Shown: in pieces, positions 54,418 to 62,787 of the stretch | Layout: each line of letters starts with the position of its first letter | Numbering within the stretch: the first letter of the stretch is position 1 | From: an uncultured archaeon | GTDB lineage: Archaea > Micrarchaeota > Micrarchaeia > Micrarchaeales > CABMGC01 | Assembly (NCBI GenBank): GCA_963704435.1 | Contig: OY969902.1 | Span: forward strand, 652,544-716,543 | Direction: 5' to 3' | DNA: 64,000 nucleotides | Position numbers and translations under genes: made by a program | Notes under the pieces: generated by a model | Databases searched by the model: none | Seen by the model: the letters and a program-made list of their open reading frames with translations, nothing else | Told to the model about the DNA's origin: nothing

Positions 54418-55182
54418 CTACGTTATGTCCTGCGCCACTATCGTTGCCAGCGATGTCTGTGCGACATTGTTGGAGATTACAATTACTTCAGTAACTTCGT
54501 TGCCTTTGTACCCTACCATCTCCGCGCCAACAACACCGCTTCCATAAGAATATGTCATTCCGTTAAGGCTGGACACAGTGGCGGTACCCCCTGTGATGGC
54601 CGTGAATGACACGTTTTGGATCATCTTTGAATACAGGAACGCCGGAACTTGCGATTGCAGCGTTATCATAAACAGGCTTGATCCATACGGATTTGCGCTT
54701 GAAGCATTCAGGGTGTAGGTGGAGAAGAATGCATTTGTGACATTGTTAGTGAAGTAGGTGCTGATGTATTTAGCGCTAACCGAAGGAGGCACGGCTTTTA
54801 CTCCACCGGTCGAATTAAAAACGCCTCCTGAACCGAGCAGCGATACCGCCTGTTGGTAGCTCATATATGACTGTCCGGGGCCACCGCCCTGGCTTGCATA
54901 GTATGCGGGTCCGGAATTGCCACTTGACGATGCTATAGAAGTCGTAGGTGCCGTAGTTGCCTGGGTAGTCGGAGAAGTCGTAGGCGATGTAGTTGGAGCA
55001 GTTGTAGGCGATGTCGTAGGAGACGTTGTAGGCGACGTAGTCAGGGCCGAAGTCTGCGGTACCGTTGTTGGAAATGTTGTAGTGCTCGTTACGTTATTTC
55101 TAGGCAGCACCAGCAATACTGCTGCTGCTACAATAATCACTATGACGACAGCCGCACCTATTAAGGCAGAATTATTTGCCAT
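54418..55182 (-). CDS. Membrane-anchored secreted protein with a Thr/Pro-rich linker
   Basis: N-terminal TM LIGAAVVIVIIVAAAVLLVL, the run TSPTTSPTTSPTTAPTTSPTTSPTTQATTAPTT, and a C-terminal globular region. Confidence 0.6.
   Translation of the reverse strand: MANNSALIGAAVVIVIIVAAAVLLVLPRNNVTSTTTFPTTVPQTSALTTSPTTSPTTSPTTAPTTSPTTSPTTQATTAPTTSIASSSGNSGPAYYASQGGGPGQSYMSYQQAVSLLGSGGVFNSTGGVKAVPPSVSAKYISTYFTNNVTNAFFSTYTLNASSANPYGSSLFMITLQSQVPAFLYSKMIQNVSFTAITGGTATVSSLNGMTYSYGSGVVGAEMVGYKGNEVTEVIVISNNVAQTSLATIVAQDIT
54937..55044. repeat. Coding 15-nt (TSPTT) tandem repeat
   Basis: About seven imperfect pentapeptide units are visible in the protein and as gtagg(c/a)ga(t/c)gt-type units in the DNA. 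Coordinates are derived from residue numbering. Confidence 0.7.
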
Positions 55183-55228
55183 GATTATCGAAATTAGTCC
55201 ACATCTACATTATAAAAATGTTCCGTTG

Positions 55229-55289
55229 GCTTGGGGTTGCCGATATATGGTCTTTACGTCGCAATTGGGGATTGTATGTATAAATATAT
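55229..55289. repeat. Direct repeat copy 1 (~59 bp); its first 14 nt are identical to the tRNA-Trp 3' end region
   Basis: gcTTGGGGTTGCCGATATATGGTCTTTACGTCGCAATTGGGGATTGTATGTATAAATATAT. The 14-mer gcttggggttgccg recurs at 56453-56466. Confidence 0.8.
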
Positions 55290-55345
55290 GTTATGATATA
55301 CACATGAACAAAACTAAAATTTAAAGAGAAATATTTTACTGTGAT

Positions 55346-55789
55346 TTGATGACCACCAAGAGGCAAGTTGCGTACAAAAAAGAGATACGAAAGCTAATAT
55401 CAGGGAGAAAGATAGATGCAAGACTCCAGGAGCTAGGAGGCGACTGGCGCGGAGAGATGCTTTCCCGTCTTCGCGCTTTGATCAAGCAAGCCGACCCTGA
55501 AGCCATGGAAGAAGTGAAGTGGATAAAGCCGACCAATCCGCTGGGCACCGCAATTTGGTCCCACGAAGGGTCGATCTGCACCTGCGAGATCTACAAGAAT
55601 GTCGTAAAGATGACATTCTCTAGGGGTGCCTCGTTGGATGACCCTTCAGGCCTCTTCAATTCTAGTCTCGAGGCTAGAGTGTGGCGCGCCATCGACTTCC
55701 ACGAAGGCGACAAGATTAACGAGAAGGCTTTGAAAACTCTTATCCGCTCTGCTGTAGCCCTGAACATTAAAAAAAGCATGCACGATTGA
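55346..55789 (+). CDS. DUF1801 (YdhG-like) domain protein
   Basis: EEVKWIKPTNPLGTAIWSHEG...VKMTFSRGASLDDP...AIDFHEGDKINEKALKTLIRSAVALN. AT-rich codon usage. Confidence 0.6.
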   Translation: MMTTKRQVAYKKEIRKLISGRKIDARLQELGGDWRGEMLSRLRALIKQADPEAMEEVKWIKPTNPLGTAIWSHEGSICTCEIYKNVVKMTFSRGASLDDPSGLFNSSLEARVWRAIDFHEGDKINEKALKTLIRSAVALNIKKSMHD

Positions 55790-55794
55790 AAAGG

Positions 55795-55854
55795 TTTGGG
55801 GTTGCTGATATATGGTCTTTACGTCGCAATTGGGGATTGTATGCCTAAATATAT
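55795..55854. repeat. Direct repeat copy 2 (~59 bp)
   Basis: tTTGGGGTTGCTGATATATGGTCTTTACGTCGCAATTGGGGATTGTATGCCTAAATATAT has 3 substitutions across the 59 aligned positions (55231-55289 vs 55796-55854), plus one more at the position just upstream. It lies 565 bp downstream of copy 1. Confidence 0.8.
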
Positions 55855-56340
55855 CTAGATTTGCGTTTTAGTAAGCTTTCTCATAGCCAGTCGATGCAAA
55901 TTCCAGAGTATGATCGGCATAAGAAGATTATACCAGAAAGACGTAGCATCTATGTATTCGTGTACTCGATCAACTTTTCCGTTTCGTATATGATAGGTAA
56001 TACAGTACCTTAAGGTGCCAGTACGTACATCTCCTTTGAAGCCAAAGGTAAATTTGCCTGTCGATTTGGCTCCGTGTGTATATTCAATACACAAATTTTC
56101 CTTATTTGCAAACCAGTTTGTAATTTTTATTTTGTGTTGCTTGTCATGTGTTCTGCCAGACATGGCAATATCAACAAATGCCCGAAGTTCTCGTGCCCCG
56201 CGGTACTCGGTTCCGCCTGGTTCCATGATCCAGACACAATCATTAGTTAGATAACTTATAGTTCGCTTAAGATTCTCGCTGTCATTCGCCACGAGGTCTA
56301 ACAGGTCCTTTATAAGCTGTTCATTGCGCTTATCCAACAC
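55855..56340 (-). CDS. SnoaL/NTF2-like fold protein, hypothetical
   Basis: 161 aa. The N-terminal pattern LIKDLLDLVANDSENLKRTISYLTNDCVWIMEPGG is typical of SnoaL-like domains. Strongly AT-rich. Confidence 0.45.
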   Translation of the reverse strand: MLDKRNEQLIKDLLDLVANDSENLKRTISYLTNDCVWIMEPGGTEYRGARELRAFVDIAMSGRTHDKQHKIKITNWFANKENLCIEYTHGAKSTGKFTFGFKGDVRTGTLRYCITYHIRNGKVDRVHEYIDATSFWYNLLMPIILWNLHRLAMRKLTKTQI

Positions 56341-56455
56341 ATCTCCTAATTTTATTTTTATAGTCAGATTGATATATGTCCCACCAACATCCTCCAGGGT
56401 TCATATCTCATACATAGACGACAGGCTCAATTCTGTCGTCGTAAGACACACCGCT

Positions 56456-56599
56456 TGGGGTTGCCGGGATTTGAACCCGGACATGCAGGTGACTTCTGCG
56501 ATCATTGATCATCGCTCCAAATCCTAATCATCGCCATATGGCTCAATCGAATTATAAACATCTGGAGCCTGCCGCGCTGCCAGGTTACGCCACAACCCC
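56456..56599 (-). tRNA. tRNA-Trp(CCA) with a 71-nt intron at the canonical 37/38 position
   Basis: The reverse complement reads GGGGTTG-TG-GCGT-AACCTGGCA-GCGC-G-GCAGG-CTCCAG[71 nt]A-CCTGC-ATGT-CCGGG-TTCAAAT-CCCGG-CAACCCC-A. A relaxed bulge-helix-bulge can be drawn: C32:G, U33:A and C35:G with the intron 3' end. Confidence 0.8.
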
Positions 56600-56620
56600 T
56601 CGTTTTTTATCTTGCAGTGT

Positions 56621-56634
56621 GGAATATATATTCC
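56621..56634 (-). promoter_or_regulatory. Candidate TATA element for tRNA-Trp (palindromic, possibly bidirectional)
   Basis: GGAATATATATTCC is centred about 28 nt upstream of the tRNA 5' end (56599) and about 40 nt upstream of the divergent HAD gene start (56668). Confidence 0.4.
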
Positions 56635-56667
56635 TTATCGTAAACTGTATCTGTTCGTGCAAGTGTT

Positions 56668-57276
56668 GTGATGATAAAGGCCATAATATTCGATGTAGGC
56701 GGAGTCATAATCGACTTCAGCAATGACGACGACTATTATCCCTACCTCTCAAAGGTCAGCGGCGCTAGCATCAGGAAGATAAAGAAGCTGATAGAGGGAA
56801 GGCTGTGGGTGCAGCTGGACAAGGACGAGATCTCGCAGAATGAACTGGACAGGACGGTGTCGCGCAGGCTCGGCATTTGCGAGAAGGAAGTGAGGTGGTA
56901 CGAGTCCTATGAGGAGACGGGCAGGATAAACCAGAAGGTAATCAATGACATAAGAAAGCTTTCAAGGAATTACGAGATCGCGTACCTCTCCAACGTGGAC
57001 CTTTCAAGGTACACCTACACGCTGAAGCTGATGAGGTCCTATCGTAAGCTGTTCAAGCACGAGTTCGCCTCGTGCTACCTGCATATGAGGAAGCCGGACA
57101 CGAAGATATTCAAGTATGTGCTCTCGAAGATGTTATTGAAGCCGAGCGAGGCCATCTTCATAGACAATACGCTAGAGAACGTAAAGGGGGCGAGGCGAGC
57201 GGGATTAAAAGCCATACTGTTCAAGGACAGCAGGGGCATGGATGCGGATCTGCGCAGGCTGGGAGTGAGGTTTTAG
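56668..57276 (+). CDS. HAD-superfamily hydrolase, subfamily IA
   Basis: Motif I IIFDVGGVIID, motif II YLSN, motif III K, motif IV FIDN. Confidence 0.8.
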   Translation: MMIKAIIFDVGGVIIDFSNDDDYYPYLSKVSGASIRKIKKLIEGRLWVQLDKDEISQNELDRTVSRRLGICEKEVRWYESYEETGRINQKVINDIRKLSRNYEIAYLSNVDLSRYTYTLKLMRSYRKLFKHEFASCYLHMRKPDTKIFKYVLSKMLLKPSEAIFIDNTLENVKGARRAGLKAILFKDSRGMDADLRRLGVRF

Positions 57277-57277
57277 C

Positions 57278-58729
57278 ATGGTGGCTGCGGTCGCGGACGA
57301 GAAAGGCATAACCGTCAAGAAGAAGGACAACTTCTCCGAGTGGTACACGCAGGTCCTGATAAAATCAGGGTTCATCGACTACAGCGAAGTATCCGGAGCG
57401 ATAGTATTCAGGCCGTACGCGTATTTCGCCTGGCAAGAGATTTCGAAAGCGGTGGACGCTGAATTGCGGAAGAACGGGGTAGAGGATGTCTACTTCCCAA
57501 TGCTCATACCTGAGAGGCTCCTGTTGAAGGAGAAGGAGCACTTCGAGGGGTTCAACCCCGAGGTGGCCTGGGTCACCGAGACAGGGAACTCCAAACTGAC
57601 CGAGCGGCTTGCGATTAGGCCCACTTCCGAGACGATAATGTACGTGAACTACTCGAAATGGATAAGGTCGTGGAGGGACCTCCCTCTCAGGTACAACCAG
57701 TGGAACAACGTCCTAAGGTGGGAGTTCAAGCACCCCACGCCGTTCATAAGGTCGAGGGAGTTCCTCTGGAACGAGGGGCACACGGTGTTCGCTACGAGAG
57801 ACGAGGCGCTGAGGGAGAGGGACTTCGTGCTGGAGATGTACCAACGCATCCTTAGGGACTACCTGGCCCTCCCAGGAATTCCCGGCACGAAGAGCGACCA
57901 CGAGAAGTTCGCGGGCGCAGAGGCCAGCTACAGCATCGAGCACATTATGCCCGACGGCTGGGCGCTGCAGGGGCCAGACTTCCACAGTGACGGCCAGAAC
58001 TTCTCCAAGGCCTTTGAGATAAAGTTCCTTAACCGCGAGGGTTCGCAGGAGTACGCGTGGCAGAACACGTACGCGATCACGACGAGGGAGCTCGGCGTCG
58101 TGGTGGCCGTGCACGGCGATGACAAGGGTCTTGTCCTTCCTCCAAAGATAGCCTATGTCCAGGTCGTGATAGTCCCGATACTGAAGACTGACGCGTCAAG
58201 GGAGGTGCTGGAATTCGCCAAGAAGCTGGAGAGGAGGCTCGCGATAAGGTACAGGGTCAGGCTCGATTCTAGGGAAGACTACACCCCCGGCTACAAGTTC
58301 AACGAGTGGGAGCTCAAGGGCGTGCCTCTGAGGATAGAGGTCGGCCCCAGGGACATGGCCAAGGGCACTGTAGTCTGCGTCAGGAGGGACACTGGCAGAA
58401 AGGAAGAGGTGAAGCACGAGTCCGTGGAGAGCGAGGTGGGCAGGCTTCTCGACCAGATCCAGGCGGACCTGTACGAGAGGGCGAAGTCGCTCCTCAAGGA
58501 TAGCGTGCACCTGGCGGATAGCTATGATTCGCTTAAGAGCATACTCGACACGAAGAAGGGCATAGCGCACGCGCCGTGGTGCGGCGACACCAAGTGCGAG
58601 CTTTCGGTGAAGGAGGAGACAGGTGCGAAAATCACCAACATCCCGTTTGACCAGAAGGGCTTGAAGGGAGACTGCGTCTACTGCGGCAAGAAGGCCAAAT
58701 TCATGGCAAACTTCGCCAGGTCCTACTGA
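57278..58729 (+). CDS. proS: Prolyl-tRNA synthetase (archaeal/eukaryotic type)
   Basis: FSEWYTQVLIKSGFIDYS, IRPTSET, RWEF..P.PFIR.REF, and the C-terminal Zn-binding CGDTKCE...CVYCG. Confidence 0.95.
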   Translation: MVAAVADEKGITVKKKDNFSEWYTQVLIKSGFIDYSEVSGAIVFRPYAYFAWQEISKAVDAELRKNGVEDVYFPMLIPERLLLKEKEHFEGFNPEVAWVTETGNSKLTERLAIRPTSETIMYVNYSKWIRSWRDLPLRYNQWNNVLRWEFKHPTPFIRSREFLWNEGHTVFATRDEALRERDFVLEMYQRILRDYLALPGIPGTKSDHEKFAGAEASYSIEHIMPDGWALQGPDFHSDGQNFSKAFEIKFLNREGSQEYAWQNTYAITTRELGVVVAVHGDDKGLVLPPKIAYVQVVIVPILKTDASREVLEFAKKLERRLAIRYRVRLDSREDYTPGYKFNEWELKGVPLRIEVGPRDMAKGTVVCVRRDTGRKEEVKHESVESEVGRLLDQIQADLYERAKSLLKDSVHLADSYDSLKSILDTKKGIAHAPWCGDTKCELSVKEETGAKITNIPFDQKGLKGDCVYCGKKAKFMANFARSY

Positions 58730-58768
58730 CCCTTGGATTCACTTCGCCAACCAAGCGGCGCTGGCCCG

Positions 58769-59635
58769 CTAACCCGCTATGAGCAGGTAAGTGAACAGCA
58801 GAAGTATCGCGCCTAGCGCCAGCTTCTTCTCGATCTCGTCCTCTTTGAAGAGCAGGCCGCCGGCAAGCACGGTCATCACGACGTAGACCGTGTTCCTGAC
58901 GGGCGTCACCAGGCTGACATCCGCGCCCACCAGGGATAGGTAGTAAGTCATCCCATAGCCGAGCGTCAGCACGGCCATCAGCAGTATCGGGAGCGCGTAT
59001 GTCTTCACTGTGCTGACTATCTCCTTCACGCCCCCGTACTTGAAGGATATGAAGACGGCGAAGTCGAACGCGACGAATATCTCCGAGAGGACGAAGAAGG
59101 TGAAGACGTCGACTCCCGTTGCGGAGAGTATGTACTTGGTGAGTATCGCCTGCGCCGCCACGAGGAACGACCTCACTATTATCATCGTCATGTACTTGTT
59201 GCTCTCGAAAGGCTTCTTTCCGCGTTCGAAGAGGAGCGCGTAGATGACTACTGTTATCACAGCTATGCTCACGTACTGCAGGTAGTCCAGGTGCTCCCCC
59301 AGCAGAGGGAGCGCCAGCAGCACGACGAACACGCTGGGCAGTGAGCTGAACGCGGCCGATGCGACGGATACGCTGCCGTGCCTGTAGACCCTTGCCGCAA
59401 GCAGGTACGTCAGGGCTATCAGTATCCCGTTCGCGAAGACGAGCGCAAGCTGGAACGCTGTGAAGTTGAAGTTCTGAGCTAGGAGCAGGAGGGGCAGGGA
59501 GAGTATTGCCGCGATGAAGCTAAATGCCGAAGTGAATGCGGTCGCGTGCTCCCTCTTGAGGGAGAATTTCTCCACTATCGTGAACATGCCCAGCATTATC
59601 GAGGACGCTAGGGCGAAGTAGTACCACGCGATCAT
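58769..59635 (-). CDS. EamA/DMT-family transporter
   Basis: 288 aa with 10 TM segments in two EamA-like halves. Confidence 0.8.
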   Translation of the reverse strand: MIAWYYFALASSIMLGMFTIVEKFSLKREHATAFTSAFSFIAAILSLPLLLLAQNFNFTAFQLALVFANGILIALTYLLAARVYRHGSVSVASAAFSSLPSVFVVLLALPLLGEHLDYLQYVSIAVITVVIYALLFERGKKPFESNKYMTMIIVRSFLVAAQAILTKYILSATGVDVFTFFVLSEIFVAFDFAVFISFKYGGVKEIVSTVKTYALPILLMAVLTLGYGMTYYLSLVGADVSLVTPVRNTVYVVMTVLAGGLLFKEDEIEKKLALGAILLLFTYLLIAG

Positions 59636-59657
59636 TGGAACATCTCACTTGTTCGGA

Positions 59658-59730
59658 TAGCCCCGACCGGATTCGAACCGGTGTAAGCGGGTCCAAAGCC
59701 CGCTATCCTTGGCCGCTAGATGACAGGGCT
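59658..59730 (-). tRNA. tRNA-Gln(TTG)
   Basis: The reverse complement reads AGCCCTG-TC-ATCT-AGCGGCCAA-GGAT-A-GCGGG-CTTTGGA-CCCGC-TTAC-ACCGG-TTCGAAT-CCGGT-CGGGGCT-A. A1:U72 is as expected for archaeal tRNA-Gln. Confidence 0.85.
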
Positions 59731-59783
59731 TCATAGCTATGTATGATTCTCCATATTTAAGTTTTTATGGCGCGCAGGGCTTC

Positions 59784-60191
59784 TCAGAGCTCCCTGGTCT
59801 CGGCATCGATCGGCTTGCGCTCGTGCTCGAAGGCCGCAGTCTTAGCCGCCTTGAGCGAAAGGGTCGCGCAGTGCATCCTAACGGGACCCGGGTCGACCCC
59901 TATGAGCTTCAGCAGGTCCGCCCGGGTCATCTTCTCCAAAGTGCGCAGGCTCTTCCCTTTCAGCCGCTCGGTGAGCAGGCTTGCGGTGCCCATGGATATC
60001 ACACAGCCCGACCCATCGAACGAGACGTCGGCCAGCTCGTCCTTCTCTATCTTCAGGTACACCGTGATTGAGTCGCCGCACGAGGCGTTCTCCTCGCTCG
60101 CGCTTACGGTGGCGTCAGCCATCCTCCTCTTGTTGAGCGGATGCTCGTAGTTGTGTATCAGCTCCTCGGCGTATATGTCAAGCCCTGCCAT
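59784..60191 (-). CDS. Fe-S cluster assembly scaffold, IscU/SufU (NifU N-terminal) family
   Basis: HPLNKRRM, NASCGDSITVYLKI, GSGCVISMGTAS, HCATLS. The start is set at MAGLDIY (60191). Confidence 0.8.
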   Translation of the reverse strand: MAGLDIYAEELIHNYEHPLNKRRMADATVSASEENASCGDSITVYLKIEKDELADVSFDGSGCVISMGTASLLTERLKGKSLRTLEKMTRADLLKLIGVDPGPVRMHCATLSLKAAKTAAFEHERKPIDAETREL

Positions 60192-60299
60192 GCGAATTCG
60201 ACCTTCCAGATCCTTTCCAATAATCGGGCGCAACACCGATATAAATGCATTAGGCGTCCGTCCACACTCGGTTATAAAACCATAAAGTCAATTGATATC

Positions 60300-60665
60300 A
60301 TGCATAGGCTCATACTCGACACCAGCTCGATAATCTTCGCGGCATCCAGGAAGGTGGACGTGTTCCGCTCGGTGGAGGAGCAGCTCGGAGCGGTTCCGGT
60401 CGTCTCGTCAGGCGTCATGCGGGAGCTCAACGGCATCGCGATGGGCAGGACGAAGGAGGGCAGGTCCGCCAGGGTGGCGCTCGAGATGATGAAGTGCCAC
60501 GGCGTGGAGGTCGTGAAGGACGACGGGGACGTGGACAAGTGGGTGTTCCGCGTAGGCAGGGCTCCGAGCGTCTACGTCTGCACAAACGATATTAACCTTA
60601 AGCGGGCATTAAGGAAAGAGGGCAAGCGCGCGCTCAGCGTCTCCGAGAACGGAGTACTGAGGTAG
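60300..60665 (+). CDS. PIN-domain protein (Fcf1/VapC-like)
   Basis: 121 aa from the ATG at 60300. LILDTSSII (N-terminal acidic residue), VMRELNG, CTNDINLKRALR. It occupies the position upstream of rpo7 that is common in archaea. Confidence 0.6.
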   Translation: MHRLILDTSSIIFAASRKVDVFRSVEEQLGAVPVVSSGVMRELNGIAMGRTKEGRSARVALEMMKCHGVEVVKDDGDVDKWVFRVGRAPSVYVCTNDINLKRALRKEGKRALSVSENGVLR

Positions 60666-60679
60666 TATATTATATATGT

Positions 60680-61282
60680 TTGACCCAAATCTTACTGCTT
60701 GGTGAGCTTTTGTATTACAAGTATACCGTTACCGACTCGATAAGCGTACCCCCTAAGTACATCGGGGAGGACGTGGCCGGGGCGACCACGAAGATACTGA
60801 GGATGAAGTACGAGAGGACGCTCGACAAGGACATGGGCATAATGCTCGTGGTTTTCAACGTAAGGGACATAAGCGACGGCTACATCCTGCCCACCGATCC
60901 TAACATCCACCACGATGTCACGTTCGACGTGCTGACCTTCGGGCTTGAGGTGGACGAGGTCGTGGTGGGGGAGGTCTCCGAGCTCGCGGACTTCGGCCTT
61001 TTCGTGAGGCTCGGCCCGATAGACGGACTGGTCCACCTGTCCCAGATAACCAGCGACTTCATAACGTACGACAGGAAGATGGGGGTCTTCTCTTCGAAGA
61101 ACTCCAAGAGGTCCGTGAAGAAGGGCGACACCGTGTACGCCAAGGTCTCCACGATAAGCATGAGGAACACGATACAGGACATAAGGATAGCGCTCACGAT
61201 GAGGGCCGAGGGCTTCGGCAGGCCCGAATGGATAAAGGAGGACAAGCTCAGGGTCGTGAAGGAGAAGAGAAGGAGGAAATAG
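60680..61282 (+). CDS. rpoE: DNA-directed RNA polymerase subunit Rpo7 (E')
   Basis: YYKYTVTDSISVPPKYIGEDV, then an S1 domain GEVSELADFGLFVRLGPIDGLVHLSQI. No ATG is available. The start is a TTG at 60680 or, more likely, at 60710. Confidence 0.85.
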   Translation: MTQILLLGELLYYKYTVTDSISVPPKYIGEDVAGATTKILRMKYERTLDKDMGIMLVVFNVRDISDGYILPTDPNIHHDVTFDVLTFGLEVDEVVVGEVSELADFGLFVRLGPIDGLVHLSQITSDFITYDRKMGVFSSKNSKRSVKKGDTVYAKVSTISMRNTIQDIRIALTMRAEGFGRPEWIKEDKLRVVKEKRRRK

Positions 61283-61283
61283 C

Positions 61284-61868
61284 GTGGTCGTTGCTTTACA
61301 GCCGGTGCAAACTGAAGGGAATAGAGGGATTGCGCCCGTGCAGATAAAAGAGGCTACCGCCACTCAGGCCCTTTCCAAAATACTGACAGGCGTAAGCCTT
61401 GACGCAAAGAAAGGACTCCGGAGCTATTATGAAAGGAAGTCCGGCGAGCTCTCTCGCGAAGCGGAAGGCAGGAAAAGGGAAAGGAAGGGACGCCCCACTG
61501 GAAACAAATACAGAGTAATAATGACCGGCCGTGCTATGGGTTACAGGAACATGGCCGCCGAGACGGACGAGCCTAAAGAGCGGGCCGTGCAGGTATTGGA
61601 TTCCGAAGTGAGAACGGCGCTATACCTGTATTTCATGGGAATGGCGCACCGGGCGGAGATGGCAGTCCCTCTGCGTAGCAGGATGGACTTGTTCGTGTCT
61701 TTGGCTGCGCCACGAGAAGCGTACTTCGCCGCCGAAGGCAAGAAAGGAAACCTGCCGCTTGATGACTATTTCAAAAAAGTTGGAGAGGAATCGGCATTCA
61801 GGATTACTGCCAAACACCTTGGTGTGATAATCCAACTAGAGGAATCATTCAGGTCTATTAAGAAGTGA
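61284..61868 (+). CDS. Hypothetical protein inserted between rpo7 and spt4
   Basis: 194-aa ORF with no recognised family and a basic central region RKRERKGRPTGNKYR. The true start is uncertain. Confidence 0.4.
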   Translation: MVVALQPVQTEGNRGIAPVQIKEATATQALSKILTGVSLDAKKGLRSYYERKSGELSREAEGRKRERKGRPTGNKYRVIMTGRAMGYRNMAAETDEPKERAVQVLDSEVRTALYLYFMGMAHRAEMAVPLRSRMDLFVSLAAPREAYFAAEGKKGNLPLDDYFKKVGEESAFRITAKHLGVIIQLEESFRSIKK

Positions 61869-61872
61869 TCAC

Positions 61873-62064
61873 ATGGTAGAAAAAGCATGCAAGAACTGCA
61901 AACTCATCATCTCGCAGGGGGACACCTGTCCGATCTGCGGGCAGAAGAACCTGACATCTAAATGGACAGGATATGTTGTCGTGCTAAATGCGGAGAAGTC
62001 CGATGTTGCGAAGAAGCTCGGCCTGAAGGTCAACGGCTCTTACGCCATACACATGAACGACTGA
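61873..62064 (+). CDS. spt4: Transcription elongation factor Spt4 (RpoE'')
   Basis: 63 aa. Zinc ribbon CKNC...CPICG, then TSKWTGYVVVL. Confidence 0.8.
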   Translation: MVEKACKNCKLIISQGDTCPICGQKNLTSKWTGYVVVLNAEKSDVAKKLGLKVNGSYAIHMND

Positions 62065-62091
62065 CTCCTGTTTGTGGACTGTGCCGCAGCG

Positions 62092-62787
62092 CTATTTCCC
62101 TTTTGCCTCCTCCTTTGCGCGCGCGTAATCCTCCTCCACGACCACCTTCTCTATCTTCCCCATGTACCTGAGCGCGGAGTTGACGAAGTTGGACTTGTTG
62201 ACCAGGAACTTCGAGTCCTTCTCCACCTTGTCCCCAAAAGTGACCTTCATCTGGCCTCCGGATACCGAGACTGCATCGGGCTTTAGAGAGAACGCTTCGG
62301 CCAGCGCCTTGGCCTTCCCTGCGTCGTCGTCGATCTTCTCGACCACCTTGATCTCGTACTTCAGCTTCTCTCCAGCCAGCGGATGGTTCGCGTCCACGAC
62401 GACCCTTCCCGAGTTTATGCTCTTCACGACCGCGACCATGTTGTCGAGCTCGAGCTGCATCCCCGGATACGGCTCGATATCCCTCTTCCTGAAGTCGCCC
62501 AGCGGAAGCACCCTTACGAGGTCCGGGTTCCTATCAGAGAAAGCGTCCTTGGCCTCTATCTCAACGGTCTTGGACTCGTTGACGCCCATCGAGCGCACGG
62601 CGTCGTCCACGCCCTTTATGACGCTCCCCTTCCCGATTATCACCAGCTGAGGCGCGTAGGATGCGTCCTTGTCCAGCATGCCGTTCTCCTCCGCGACCTT
62701 CCTGATGGTGGTGTGCGCGAGCATGTTGTCCGCGACCCGCCACGCGCTGTAGTCTATCTTTACGAAATCTCCGTCGATGAAAGGCAA
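62092..62787 (-). CDS. FKBP-type peptidyl-prolyl cis-trans isomerase (long archaeal SlyD-like type)
   Basis: GDFVKIDYSA, VIIGKGSVIKGVDDAV, the IF-domain insert, and VVDANHPLAGEKLKYEIKV. Confidence 0.9.
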   Translation of the reverse strand: MPFIDGDFVKIDYSAWRVADNMLAHTTIRKVAEENGMLDKDASYAPQLVIIGKGSVIKGVDDAVRSMGVNESKTVEIEAKDAFSDRNPDLVRVLPLGDFRKRDIEPYPGMQLELDNMVAVVKSINSGRVVVDANHPLAGEKLKYEIKVVEKIDDDAGKAKALAEAFSLKPDAVSVSGGQMKVTFGDKVEKDSKFLVNKSNFVNSALRYMGKIEKVVVEEDYARAKEEAKGK

